A DNA stretch of 64,000 nt from Anaerolineae bacterium (GCA_037442085.1 JBBIQY010000003.1:27001-91000), one strand, 5' to 3'. Shown: positions 1-9,235, counted from the stretch's first letter. The notes: generated by a model not told the origin, from the letters alone. Program-made: numbers and translations.

Positions 1-892
1 CATAGGGGCGCAGCGCGATCTTCTCCGGGCGGACAGCCACAAAGACCGATTGGCCGCTGAACAGCGACCCGTCGGACTCGGCATACGCCGTCAACCCGCC
101 GTTGAGCAGCACCTCCACCTGTCGCCCGTGCTGATGAATCACCTTGCCCTCCAGCAGGTTGGTCTCGCCGATGAAGTCGGCCACGAACTTGCAGTTGGGC
201 CTCTCGTAAATCTCGTGCGCCGGACCGACCTGCAGCACGCGCCCGCCGCTCATCACGGCGATACGGTCGCTCATCGTCAGCGCCTCTTCCTGATCGTGCG
301 TCACGTAAATGAAGGTGATGCCGACCTCGCGCTGGAGGCGCTTCAGCTCCAGTTGCATCTCCTTACGCAGCTTGAGGTCGAGCGCGCCCAGCGGCTCATC
401 GAGCAACAGCACCTCGGGGTGATTGACGAGGGCGCGGGCCAGGGCCACGCGCTGCTGCTGGCCGCCGGACATTTGCCGGGGCCGCCGCTTCTCGTAGCCG
501 GGCAGGCGTACCATCTCCAGCGCCTGCTTCACCCTCTGCTCGCGCACCGACTTTTCGACGCCCTTCATCTCCAGGCCAAAGGCTACGTTCTCGCCGATGG
601 TCATGTGTGGAAAGAGCGCATAGTTTTGAAAGACGGTGTTGACCGGGCGCTGGTAGGGCGGCGTCTGACCCATGGGGCGGTCGTGGATGTAAACCTCGCC
701 CTCGGTGGGCAACTCAAAGCCGGCGATCATGCGCAGGCTGGTGGTCTTGCCGCAGCCGGACGGGCCGAGCATGGAGAAGAACTCGCCATCGCGAATCTGA
801 AGGCTAACGTTCTTGACGGCGCTGACGATCTCGCCGGACGGGCCTGGGAAGCGCTTACTGACGTCGCGCAACTCAACGGCGTATTGGGGCAT
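1..892 (-). CDS. ABC transporter ATP-binding protein (PotA / spermidine-putrescine type), C-terminal end cut by window edge
   Basis: Absent from the ORF track because it runs off the window. Manual reverse translation from ATG (892-890) gives [17 protein letters not shown]. Walker [14 protein letters not shown] lies at rc ~741-780 and the ABC signature [17 protein letters not shown] at rc ~421-480. SD-like GGGAGAA sits upstream. The listed + ORF 50..928 is its antisense shadow. Confidence 0.85.
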   Translation of the reverse strand, partial: MPQYAVELRDVSKRFPGPSGEIVSAVKNVSLQIRDGEFFSMLGPSGCGKTTSLRMIAGFELPTEGEVYIHDRPMGQTPPYQRPVNTVFQNYALFPHMTIGENVAFGLEMKGVEKSVREQRVKQALEMVRLPGYEKRRPRQMSGGQQQRVALARALVNHPEVLLLDEPLGALDLKLRKEMQLELKRLQREVGITFIYVTHDQEEALTMSDRIAVMSGGRVLQVGPAHEIYERPNCKFVADFIGETNLLEGKVIHQHGRQVEVLLNGGLTAYAESDGSLFSGQSVFVAVRPEKIALRPY

Positions 893-921
893 CAGTTCTC
901 CCGGCAGGTGGACTGCGCGGT

Positions 922-949
922 ATTCTAAAACATTCTGCGGTCGAGTCAA
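922..949 (-). promoter_or_regulatory. Sigma70-type promoter P1 for the ABC ATPase operon (TTGACT - 16 nt - TAGAAT)
   Basis: On the minus strand, -35 TTGACT is at 949..944 and -10 TAGAAT at 927..922. The predicted TSS is ~915, about 23 nt upstream of the ATG at 892, with an SD in between. Confidence 0.55.
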
Positions 950-992
950 TGACGGGCCCGCTACAGACGCATGCGGGGCCGCCAAGCGCGGT

Positions 993-1020
993 ATTCTAAA
1001 ACATTCTGCGGTCGAGTCAA
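993..1020 (-). promoter_or_regulatory. Sigma70-type promoter P2, identical tandem copy 71 bp upstream of P1
   Basis: Same TTGACT-16-TAGAAT inside the second 36-bp repeat copy. Confidence 0.45.
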
Positions 1021-1091
1021 TCGGCGGAAAGTATTGTGGGCAGGCCGCCCGGGCGAATGGTTATCCGGATCACGGGAGTATAATTGTGGAT

Positions 1092-1370
1092 ATGGCAACT
1101 CCAGCCCGAAACAGCGGTGCCAAACAACGCCGGCAACGCCTCAACACAGCTCTGGAGGAAATACTTCATTGTCTCCTCGCGCACTATGCGCCGAAGCGCG
1201 TGATCCTTTCCGGCTCGCTTGCGCATGAGACCGTGAGCGAGTGGAGCGACCTGGACCCGGTCATCATTAAGAAAACCGACCAGCCTTTTATCCGGCGCTT
1301 GCGCGAGGTGGCATTGCTTTGCCGCCCGACCGTTGGGGTGGATTTTCTTGTGACGCAACAACTGCTCTAG
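1092..1370 (+). CDS. Nucleotidyltransferase-domain protein (MNT-like), apparently C-terminally truncated
   Basis: VILSGSLAHETVSEWSDLDPVII resembles the GSxAxGxxxxxSDxDL motif of minimal nucleotidyltransferases. The ORF ends at VDFLVTQQLL, where family members normally continue. It stops 3 nt before lgt. Confidence 0.45.
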   Translation: MATPARNSGAKQRRQRLNTALEEILHCLLAHYAPKRVILSGSLAHETVSEWSDLDPVIIKKTDQPFIRRLREVALLCRPTVGVDFLVTQQLL

Positions 1371-1373
1371 CCG

Positions 1374-2171
1374 GTGAGCAGAACGGTTTTCATGTTCCCC
1401 GTCCTTGCCCAACTCGGCCCGGTCACGGTCTACACCTACTCTATCCTCCTCAACCTCGGACTGGCGCTCGGGCTGGCCTGGCTGTACGTCGCCGCGCCGG
1501 CGGAGAAGAAAAGCCGCTGGCTCGACCTCGGCCTGGCGGCCATCGTCGGTGGGCTGATCGGCGCGCGGCTGGTTTACGTTATCATCCACAGCGCGTACTA
1601 CGCCACGAACCTGGCCGAAGCGCTGATGATCTGGCGCGGCGGGCTGTCATGGGTCGGCGCGGTCGCCGGGGCGCTGCTTGGTGCGCGCGGGTGGGCGAGC
1701 CGCCTGGGCGAACCGCTGTTGCCGGTGCTGGATGCAGCGGCCTTGCCCCTCACGCTGTTGAGCGCACTGACCTGGGGCGGCTGCCTGGCCGCCGGCTGCG
1801 CTTACGGCGCAGAGGTCGCGCCCGGCCAACTACCGGCCTGGTTCGCCCCCGCCGCGCCCGACCTGTACGGCCTGCAAGTCCCACGCTGGCCGACGCAGGC
1901 GCTGGGCGTGGTCTGGGGAGCGTTCTCCGTGTTCGTCATGTTTGGGCTGCGGCGGCAACGCTGGCCGGCGGGCGCGCGTGGACTGTACGCGCTCGGCCTG
2001 GTGGCCCTCGGCGCATTTTTTCTCGGATTGGTGCGTGGCGACCCGATGCCGCTCGTCGCCGGCTTCCGGCTGGATGTGATCGGGAGCGCGGTCGTGCTGA
2101 TCGTGGCGGCGACGGCCTGGGCGCTGCGCGTGCAACGTGGTACACCTATCGTGGCGGAGGGCCGCGACTAG
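1374..2171 (+). CDS. lgt: Prolipoprotein diacylglyceryl transferase family protein
   Basis: Polytopic 265 aa. GGLIGARLVYVI and IWRGGLSWVGAVAGALLG resemble conserved Lgt blocks. GTG start. Confidence 0.7.
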   Translation: MSRTVFMFPVLAQLGPVTVYTYSILLNLGLALGLAWLYVAAPAEKKSRWLDLGLAAIVGGLIGARLVYVIIHSAYYATNLAEALMIWRGGLSWVGAVAGALLGARGWASRLGEPLLPVLDAAALPLTLLSALTWGGCLAAGCAYGAEVAPGQLPAWFAPAAPDLYGLQVPRWPTQALGVVWGAFSVFVMFGLRRQRWPAGARGLYALGLVALGAFFLGLVRGDPMPLVAGFRLDVIGSAVVLIVAATAWALRVQRGTPIVAEGRD

Positions 2172-2218
2172 ACGTGCGCCGCCCGCTCGCGACTGCCACT
2201 CGTTGCTGATTTCTCGTT

Positions 2219-3094
2219 ATGCTGACCGTCGGCCTCGCTCAGATCAAGACCAAGCTCGGCGATGTGCGCGCCAACCTGGAAAAGCACCTGGCCTTCATCG
2301 AGGAGGCCGCCAGGCAAAAGGTCAACATCCTCATTTTTCCGGAGTTGTCGCTCACGGGCTACGTCTTGCAGGATTTGGCGCCGACCGTCGCGCATCGCCC
2401 TCTGGCCGACGATGTGATCTTCAGCCAGTTGCTGGCCGCCTCGCGTGCGCGTGATATTGACCTGATGGTCGGTTTCGTGGATGAGGACCAGCGCAACCGC
2501 TTCTTCATCGGCGCGGCCTATCTCTCCCGGGGCAGCGTCGTTCACGTCCATCACAAGGTCTACCTGCCCACCTATGGCCTGTTCGACGAGGGCCGCTTCT
2601 TCGCCTGGGGCGATACGGTGCGTGCCTTCGACACGCGCTTTGGGCGGTTGGGGATGCTGATTTGCGAGGATTTCTGGCATGCCTCGGCGCCCTACCTGCT
2701 CTGGCTGGACGGTGCGGACGTGATGTTGTTCGCTTCGGCCTCGCCTGGGCGCGGGCTGAACGCCGGCGAGACCCTCGAAAGCACGCGCTGGGTGGAGCAC
2801 GTCTTACGCGCCTACGCCAGCCTGTTCACCAATTTCGTTTGCCACACCAATAAGGTCGGCTTTGAAGACGGGCTGAATTTCTGGGGCGGCTCCATCGTCT
2901 TCGACCCGAACGGCGATCAGGTGGCTCAAGCCCCGTACTTCGAGGAGGGGTTGACCGTGGCGCAGCTCGACCTGAACCAGTTGCACCGCACGCGCGCCCG
3001 CCTGCCGCTGCTGCGCGACGAGCGCCACGCGTTGGTGGCCCGTGAGATCAGTCGCATCATCTCCGGCAACGCCGGAGCCAGAGACAAAGGATAA
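2219..3094 (+). CDS. Carbon-nitrogen hydrolase (nitrilase superfamily), candidate glutaminase partner of NadE
   Basis: LIFPELSLTGY (catalytic Glu block), KVYLPTYG (Lys block), MLICEDFWH (catalytic Cys block). Confidence 0.8.
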   Translation: MLTVGLAQIKTKLGDVRANLEKHLAFIEEAARQKVNILIFPELSLTGYVLQDLAPTVAHRPLADDVIFSQLLAASRARDIDLMVGFVDEDQRNRFFIGAAYLSRGSVVHVHHKVYLPTYGLFDEGRFFAWGDTVRAFDTRFGRLGMLICEDFWHASAPYLLWLDGADVMLFASASPGRGLNAGETLESTRWVEHVLRAYASLFTNFVCHTNKVGFEDGLNFWGGSIVFDPNGDQVAQAPYFEEGLTVAQLDLNQLHRTRARLPLLRDERHALVAREISRIISGNAGARDKG

Positions 3095-3110
3095 AGGATC
3101 AGGAGAGACT

Positions 3111-3536
3111 ATGGACAAGCAAACGTTGATCAACAAGCTGAATGAGGACCTGGCCGGCGAGTTGAGCGCCATCATCCAGTACCTCACCTACGCGGCCAAG
3201 GCCAACGGCCCGTTCCGCCCACAATTGGTGCAGTTCTTCATGTCGGAAGTGCCTGGCGAACAGGGCCATGCGCAATTCCTGGCCAACAAGATCGTGGCGC
3301 TGGGCGGCGAGCCGGTAACCACGCCGCGCCCGGTGCCGCCGGCGCACACCAACCGCGAAATGCTGGAAGCCGTGCTGGCCGCCGAGACCCGCGCGCTGGC
3401 CGACTACACGCAACGCGCGGAGGACGCCGCCGCCTTCGGCGACAAAGGCCTGCAGGTGCAGCTGGAAACCATCGTCCTGGACGAGACCGGCCACAAGGAG
3501 GAGACCGCGCGCATCCTGCAAGAGTGGCCCCTGTAA
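3111..3536 (+). CDS. Ferritin-like / bacterioferritin-family protein
   Basis: AGGAG SD at 3101-3105 followed by ATG 3111. LNEDLAGELSAIIQYLTY, EQGHAQFLANKIVALGG and LDETGHKEE fit a four-helix-bundle di-iron pattern. Confidence 0.7.
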   Translation: MDKQTLINKLNEDLAGELSAIIQYLTYAAKANGPFRPQLVQFFMSEVPGEQGHAQFLANKIVALGGEPVTTPRPVPPAHTNREMLEAVLAAETRALADYTQRAEDAAAFGDKGLQVQLETIVLDETGHKEETARILQEWPL

Positions 3537-3564
3537 GAATGTTGGATTGGGGATTGCGGATTGC

Positions 3565-3632
3565 GGGTTTGGCGAAGGCAATGCCTTCGCCAAACCCGGA
3601 TCAAACCGCCGGGGCGAAGTTTAGCGATAAGC
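3565..3632. repeat. Palindromic intergenic repeat, family 2, copy 1 (core GGCGAAGGCAATGCCTTCGCC)
   Basis: About 70 bp matches the reverse complement of 62945-63012 with few mismatches. A perfect hairpin GTTTGGCGAAGGCA/TGCCTTCGCCAAAC is at 3567-3595. Confidence 0.8.
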
Positions 3633-3682
3633 TCTAAATAAGCCCTTCCGCAATCGGAAACCGAAGGTCAGCAATCAAAAAA

Positions 3683-4504
3683 ATGGGCGCGCTGGACATC
3701 AACACCGACTTGGCCCGCCGCATCCTGACGAGCTTCCTCCGTGAGGAGATCACGCGCGTCGGGCGGCAGCGGGCCGTGGTCGGCCTTTCCGGCGGGGTCG
3801 ACTCGGCGCTCGCCTGCTATCTGGCTGCCGAGGCGCTCGGGCCGCAGAACGTGCTGGCGGCGCGACTGCCATATCGCACCTCGTCGCCCGAGTCGCTCGA
3901 ACATGCGCAATGGTGCATCGAGGCGCTGGGCGTCCAGTCTGTGACGATCCCCATCACCGAGATGGCCGACGGCCTGATTCGCCATGAGCCGGATATGAGC
4001 AACACGCGGCGCGGCAACATCCTGGCGCGCTGCCGCATGATCGTGCTCTACGACCAGTCCGAAGCCTTCGACGGGCTGGTGGTGGGCACCGGCAACAAGA
4101 CCGAGATCCTGCTCGGCTACAGCACGTTGTATGGCGACGCCGCACACGCTCTCAACCCACTCGGCGATCTGTACAAGACGCAGGTGCGCCAGCTTGCGCG
4201 CGCCGTCGGCGTGCCTGCCGCCATCATTGACAAAGCGCCAACCGCCGACCTGTGGCCCGGCCAGACCGACGAGGGCGAGATGGGCCTGACCTACGCGCGC
4301 GCCGACCAGTTGCTCTACCTGCTGGTGGATCAGCGCTACAAACCGGAGGAGGCCGTGGCCGCCGGCTTCGAGGAGGCGTTCGTGCGTCAGGTGGTCGAGC
4401 GCCTGCGCCGCAACCACTTCAAGCGCGTCATGCCGCTCGTCGCCAAGCTCAGCAACCGCACCGTCGGCTACGACTTTTTGTATCTGAGAGACTGGGGAAC
4501 CTGA
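3683..4504 (+). CDS. nadE: NAD+ synthetase (single-domain NadE type)
   Basis: PP-loop GLSGGVDSA. NKTEILLGYSTLYGD. 273 aa with no fused CN-hydrolase domain. Confidence 0.9.
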   Translation: MGALDINTDLARRILTSFLREEITRVGRQRAVVGLSGGVDSALACYLAAEALGPQNVLAARLPYRTSSPESLEHAQWCIEALGVQSVTIPITEMADGLIRHEPDMSNTRRGNILARCRMIVLYDQSEAFDGLVVGTGNKTEILLGYSTLYGDAAHALNPLGDLYKTQVRQLARAVGVPAAIIDKAPTADLWPGQTDEGEMGLTYARADQLLYLLVDQRYKPEEAVAAGFEEAFVRQVVERLRRNHFKRVMPLVAKLSNRTVGYDFLYLRDWGT

Positions 4505-4685
4505 ACGAAAAAGAAAATGACGAACGAAGAATGAAAAGAGGGGACGACTGTGCAAAGCAAGAAACGTGATATTCGGGAACGGGCGTTTGTATCTGGCGAC
4601 CGGGTGGTGAACCCGGTTAACACAGTAACCTCCACGTTCCCTCCGTTCTCATTCCACATTCTTCATTTCATGTTCTTCATTCTGC

Positions 4686-5930
4686 ATGGCCTTCATCGCT
4701 CTCTCTCATCGCAACTTCCGACTGCTGTGGTTTGGGCTGCTCATCTCGATGTCCGGCTCGATGATGCGCAACGCCGCGATTCTGTGGCACGTCTCACTGC
4801 TCGTACCGGAGGAGCAGAAGGCGCTGGCGCTGGGCGGGGTCGGGCTGGTGCGCGTCATCCCGATCATCGTCTTCTCCTTTATCAGCGGCGTGGTCGCCGA
4901 CGCGCTCGATCGGCGTCGCGTGATGCTCGTCACCAACGCGGCTATGCTGGTCGTCTCGGCGACGCTGGCCGCGATCACGCTGACCGGCCTCCAATCGGTC
5001 TGGGCCGTCTACGCGCTGGCTGCCCTGGGAGCCGCCATCGGTTCCTTCGACGGGCCGGCCCGCCAGGCGCTGTATCCCACGCTCCTCCCCCGCGAGCATC
5101 TGCCCAACGCCATCAGCCTCAACTCCCTCATGTTTCAGACAGCCTCCGTCATCGGGCCGTTGATTGGCGGCGCGATCATCGCCGCCGCGGGTGTGGCCTG
5201 GGTCTACGTCTTCGATGTGGCCTCGTTCGTCTGTCTGCTCGCCTCGCTCCTGCTCATGCGCCATCTGCCGCAGCGAGTGGCCAGCGAGCGCAGCCCGCTC
5301 AGCCTGCGTGCGGGCCTGGAGGGGCTGAAGTGGGTGTTTGGCCAGCCGCTCATCCGCTCGTCCATGCTGCTGGATTTTTTCGCCACCTTCTTCGCCTCGG
5401 CCACGGCGCTGCTGCCGATCTTCGCTCAGGACATTCTGGACGTCGGGGCGCAGGGGTACGGCGTACTGGTGGCCGCTCCTGCCCTCGGCGCGATGCTGAC
5501 CAGCGCGGCGATGGTGCCGCTGGTCGAGCGCCTCGAACAGCGTGGGCGCGTGCTCTTCGCCGCTATCGGCGTGTACGGCCTGGCCACCATCGTCTTCGGC
5601 CTCTCCACCGCGTTCTGGCTGACCTTTGCCTGTCTGTTCGTCACCGGCGCGGCGGACATGGTCAGCACGGTGCTTCGTAACATCATCCGCCAGTTGAACA
5701 CGCCGGACGGGCTGCGCGGGCGCATGACGAGTGTAAACATGATATTCTTCCTGGGCGGGCCGCAATTGGGCGAGTTGGAAGCCGGGCTGGTGGCGCAGGC
5801 CTTCGGCCCGGTGGTCTCGGTGGTGTCCGGCGGCGTCGCTTGCCTGTTGGCAACGGCCTGGATTGCGTGGCAGACGCCGCAACTGGTGGCGTATCGGCGC
5901 GAGGCACCCGCACCGGCAGCGGCAGACTGA
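4686..5930 (+). CDS. MFS transporter
   Basis: 414 aa, ~12 hydrophobic segments. The ADALDRRRVML loop motif is typical of MFS_3/EntS-like exporters. Confidence 0.8.
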   Translation: MAFIALSHRNFRLLWFGLLISMSGSMMRNAAILWHVSLLVPEEQKALALGGVGLVRVIPIIVFSFISGVVADALDRRRVMLVTNAAMLVVSATLAAITLTGLQSVWAVYALAALGAAIGSFDGPARQALYPTLLPREHLPNAISLNSLMFQTASVIGPLIGGAIIAAAGVAWVYVFDVASFVCLLASLLLMRHLPQRVASERSPLSLRAGLEGLKWVFGQPLIRSSMLLDFFATFFASATALLPIFAQDILDVGAQGYGVLVAAPALGAMLTSAAMVPLVERLEQRGRVLFAAIGVYGLATIVFGLSTAFWLTFACLFVTGAADMVSTVLRNIIRQLNTPDGLRGRMTSVNMIFFLGGPQLGELEAGLVAQAFGPVVSVVSGGVACLLATAWIAWQTPQLVAYRREAPAPAAAD

Positions 5931-6000
5931 GTTCGCCTCGCGCTGCCCCACTTTCCGCCCAGCCAATTTGAAACGTCCGCGCAATTTGTGGCTGCCGCCC

Positions 6001-6903
6001 ATGAAACGTGTCGTCTCGGTTAGTCTCGGTTCCTCGCAGCGGAACAAGATCGTCGAGCTGGACCTGCTCGGCGAGCGCGTGCGGTTAGAGCGGGTCGGCG
6101 TGGACGGCGATATGCGCCGGGCCGCGGCGCTCTTCCGCGACCTGGATGGGCAGGTGGATGCGCTGGGCCTGGGCGGCGCGGACCTGGGCCTGCGCGTGGC
6201 GGGGCGCTGGTTCCCGCTCTACTCCGTGCAGCCGCTGGTGCGCGGCGTGACGCGCACTCCCGTCACCGACGGCACAGGATTGAAGAACACGCTCGAACGC
6301 CGCATCGCGCCGGCCATCGAGGCGCAGTGCGGGCCGGTGACGCCGCGGCGCGTCTTCTTCACCGGCGGGGCGGACCGCTGGGGGATGACGCTCTCCTTTC
6401 ACGAGGCGGGCTACGAGCACATCTTCGGCGACTTGATGTTCGCGCTCGGCCTGCCGCTCCCCATCCGCAGCTTACGAACGGCGAAAGCCCTGGCCGCGCT
6501 GACGCTGCCCATCATCGGCCGCCTGCCGTTCACCTGGGTGTATCCCATCGGCAACAAGCAGGAGCAGTGGACGCCGAAGTTCGGGCAGTGGTATCACTGG
6601 GCGACGGTGATCGCCGGCGACTGCCATTACATCAAACGCCATCTGCCCGCGCGGCTCGACGGCCAGATCATCTGCACCAATACCACCACACCGGACGATG
6701 TCGCGCGCTTTCGCGCCGTGGGGGCGCGCTGGCTGGCAACCACCACACCCGTCCTCGAGGGCCGCTCCTTCGGCACGAACCTGCTTGAGGCCGCGCTCAT
6801 CGCCGCCAGCGGCCGGCGCCGGCTCCTGAGCGACGCCGAGCTCGAAGCGCTGATTGATGAGCTGCATTTGCAGCCAAGCTTTCAAAAGTTGAGCAGAGAG
6901 TAG
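6001..6903 (+). CDS. Conserved hypothetical protein
   Basis: Start chosen at ATG 6001 (MKRVVSVSLGSSQRNK...) to avoid overlap with the MFS gene. I recall similar N-termini being annotated quinate 5-dehydrogenase-like, but this is unverified. Confidence 0.55.
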   Translation: MKRVVSVSLGSSQRNKIVELDLLGERVRLERVGVDGDMRRAAALFRDLDGQVDALGLGGADLGLRVAGRWFPLYSVQPLVRGVTRTPVTDGTGLKNTLERRIAPAIEAQCGPVTPRRVFFTGGADRWGMTLSFHEAGYEHIFGDLMFALGLPLPIRSLRTAKALAALTLPIIGRLPFTWVYPIGNKQEQWTPKFGQWYHWATVIAGDCHYIKRHLPARLDGQIICTNTTTPDDVARFRAVGARWLATTTPVLEGRSFGTNLLEAALIAASGRRRLLSDAELEALIDELHLQPSFQKLSRE

Positions 6904-6937
6904 AAAATAGCGGCCGAAGGCCGCTTGCCACTCGCCA

Positions 6938-7744
6938 ATGTTGACCCAACCCTACGTTGACACGCTCCTGGTCGCCGGCGGTGTGCCCGACCCTAACGAT
7001 CCGCTCTACCCGCTGACGCGGGGCCGGCCCAAGGCCCTGCTCGAACTGGCGGGCAGGCCAATGATCCAATGGGTGCTCGACGCGTTGAATGCGGCGCAGA
7101 CTGTGCGCAACGTGATCGTAGTTGGCCTGGACGAGGCGGACCTGGGCGCCGACCTGGCTCGCCGCTCCAGGCCGCCCATCTGCCTCCCCGCCCAGGACAG
7201 CCTCCTTGATAACCTGGTTGCCGGCGCGGAACGTGCGCGCGCGGTTGTGTCGCCCCCCACCCACCTGCTGGCTATGAGCAGCGACATTCCACTCATTACC
7301 CCCATGGCGGTTGACTGGGTGGTTCATACCGCGCTGGAAACCGACCATGACGCTTACTACACCGTCATCCCGGCCGAGGCGATGGAACGCCGCTTCCCCG
7401 GCGCACGGCGCAGCTACTTTCGACTCAAAGAAGGCCGCTTTGCCGGCGGCGACCTGCATGTGATCGGGACGCCGGTGTTCAGCAGCTATAATCCCGGCTG
7501 GCGCAACATCCTGGAGGCACGCAAAAACTCGCTGCGCATCGCCTCCCTGGTCGGCTTCGACGCCTTCCTGCGGCTTGCGTTCGGGCAGGCCGGCATTGCT
7601 TGGGCGGAGCGGCGCGTGCGTGAGCGGCTCGGGCTGAACGGCCGCCTGCTCATCTGCCCCTACGCCGAGGCCGGGATGGATGTGGATAAGCCGAACCAGT
7701 ACGAACTGGTGAAGAAAGAGTTGGAAGAAAAGAGTAGAAGGTAG
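6938..7744 (+). CDS. Nucleotidyltransferase (MobA-like NTP-transferase domain) protein
   Basis: LLVAGGVPDPNDPL...GRPKALLELAGRPMIQWVLDAL matches the N-terminal sugar/nucleotide transferase fold motif. Confidence 0.65.
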   Translation: MLTQPYVDTLLVAGGVPDPNDPLYPLTRGRPKALLELAGRPMIQWVLDALNAAQTVRNVIVVGLDEADLGADLARRSRPPICLPAQDSLLDNLVAGAERARAVVSPPTHLLAMSSDIPLITPMAVDWVVHTALETDHDAYYTVIPAEAMERRFPGARRSYFRLKEGRFAGGDLHVIGTPVFSSYNPGWRNILEARKNSLRIASLVGFDAFLRLAFGQAGIAWAERRVRERLGLNGRLLICPYAEAGMDVDKPNQYELVKKELEEKSRR

Positions 7745-7804
7745 AGCGCCGAGGCTGATTCGAATGGATTCGCGCAATGCGCTGAAAAAGATTCGGAGCT
7801 CAAT

Positions 7805-8350
7805 TTGATTCGCACTTTGTTGGAAACCGACGCGCGGCTGTCGGAAAGGTTGAGCATTGCCGAGAGGCCTGGCCCGTTGCGCAACCTGGCCGCCTTCCTG
7901 GCGCACTCGGGCGACTCGTGGTTTTGGGGCCTCGGCCTCCTGCTGGTGTGGGCCCTGGGTGACGCCGGTTGGAAGTACCGGGCCGTCGTACTCTTCGTCG
8001 CCATCGCCCTCACGGCCATCATCGTCCAGGCCATTAAGGGGCTGGTGCGCCGCCAACGCCCACCGGGCGAGTGGGGGGCCATCTACCGCAACGCCGATCC
8101 GCACTCCTTCCCCTCCGGCCACGCCGCGCGGGCCATCATGCTGGCCATACTCGGGCTGGCGCTCGGCCCGCCCTGGTTGGCGTTGATCCTGTGCATGTGG
8201 GGGCCGCTCGTCGCGCTGGCTCGTGTGGCCATGGGCGTGCACTACCTCTCCGACGTTGCGGCGGGCGCGGCCCTCGGCGTGCTGTTCGGGCTGTTCTTCG
8301 GCGGGACTCAGACGTTGCTCGCGCCATATTACAACCGGCTAGTGTGGTGA
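7805..8350 (+). CDS. PAP2-family phosphatase (membrane)
   Basis: KxxxxxxRP (KGLVRRQRPP), SFPSGHAA and VAMGVHYLSDV form the canonical PAP2 tripartite motif. The start codon (TTG 7805) is uncertain. Confidence 0.85.
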   Translation: MIRTLLETDARLSERLSIAERPGPLRNLAAFLAHSGDSWFWGLGLLLVWALGDAGWKYRAVVLFVAIALTAIIVQAIKGLVRRQRPPGEWGAIYRNADPHSFPSGHAARAIMLAILGLALGPPWLALILCMWGPLVALARVAMGVHYLSDVAAGAALGVLFGLFFGGTQTLLAPYYNRLVW

Positions 8351-8364
8351 GGAAGGGCTAAAAG

Positions 8365-9204
8365 ATGGGCGTCCTCTACCTCGTCGCCACGCCCATCGGC
8401 AACCTGGAGGACATCACCGCCCGCGCCCTGCGGGTGCTGCGTGAAGTCAGCCTGATCGCCGCCGAGGATACGCGCCACACGCGCGGCCTGCTCACCCACT
8501 TCGACATCCACACACCGCTCACCAGCTACTTCGAACACAACAAGCTGACCAAGCTGGACGCCATCCTGGCCGCACTCAAGACCGGCGACGTGGCGCTGGT
8601 GTCCGACGCCGGCATGCCCGCGCTCTCCGACCCCGGCTACGAGCTGGTGCGCGCGGCGCTGGCGGCCGGCCACACCGTTATCCCGATCCCCGGCCCGTCG
8701 GCGATCATCGCGGCCCTGGTCGCCTCGGGGCTGCCGACCGATGCGTTCGTGTATCTCGGCTTCCTGCCGCGCAAAGACGGCGAACGCCGCCGTCTGCTCG
8801 AGTCGCTGCGCGCCGAGCCGCGCACGCTCGTCGCCTTCGAGTCGCCCCACCGCCTGCTCGCTTCCCTGGACGCGATCCGTGAGACGCTCGGCGACCGGCG
8901 CGTGGCCGTGGCGCGCGAGCTGACCAAGCTGTTCGAAGAGATTTACCGCGGCACGGCCAGCGCGGCGCGCGCCTACTTCAGCGCCAAAGGTGTCGCCGGC
9001 GAGATCACGCTCGTCATTGCCGGCGCAGCGGGGTCGCCGGCAGAGCGGTGGGATGAGGCTCGTGTGCGAGTCGAGCTCAACCGGCTTCTGGCCGAGGGCC
9101 TGAAGCGCAAAGAGGCTGCGAAGCAAATCGCCGAACGCGCCGGCTGGCCGACGCGCAAGGTGTACCACATCGGGAAGCAAGGGGAGACCGACGAGCCTGG
9201 TTGA
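8365..9204 (+). CDS. rsmI: 16S rRNA (cytidine1402-2'-O)-methyltransferase
   Basis: LYLVATPIGNLEDITARALRVL...AAEDTRHT is the characteristic RsmI N-terminus. Confidence 0.9.
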   Translation: MGVLYLVATPIGNLEDITARALRVLREVSLIAAEDTRHTRGLLTHFDIHTPLTSYFEHNKLTKLDAILAALKTGDVALVSDAGMPALSDPGYELVRAALAAGHTVIPIPGPSAIIAALVASGLPTDAFVYLGFLPRKDGERRRLLESLRAEPRTLVAFESPHRLLASLDAIRETLGDRRVAVARELTKLFEEIYRGTASAARAYFSAKGVAGEITLVIAGAAGSPAERWDEARVRVELNRLLAEGLKRKEAAKQIAERAGWPTRKVYHIGKQGETDEPG

Positions 9205-9235
9205 GCACCGAACCCGTTATCCAGGCTGCTGCCAG

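Larger units (their letters stand above)
915..1021. repeat. Exact 36-bp direct repeat x2 (GCGCGGTATTCTAAAACATTCTGCGGTCGAGTCAAT), period 71 bp
   Basis: 915-950 and 986-1021 are identical. The flanks differ immediately outside. Each copy carries a full promoter on the minus strand. Confidence 0.9.

Noticed and set aside
915-1021. Mini CRISPR array (36-bp repeat, 35-bp spacer, 36-bp repeat)
   Set aside because: There are only two repeats, no cas genes and no leader. Each repeat contains a complete TTGACT-16-TAGAAT promoter aimed at the adjacent ABC gene, which explains the sequence better.
1319-2209. 296-aa ORF overlapping lgt in another frame
   Set aside because: Its composition is Arg/Gly/Ala/Pro-rich. 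The lgt frame shows conserved membrane-protein blocks.
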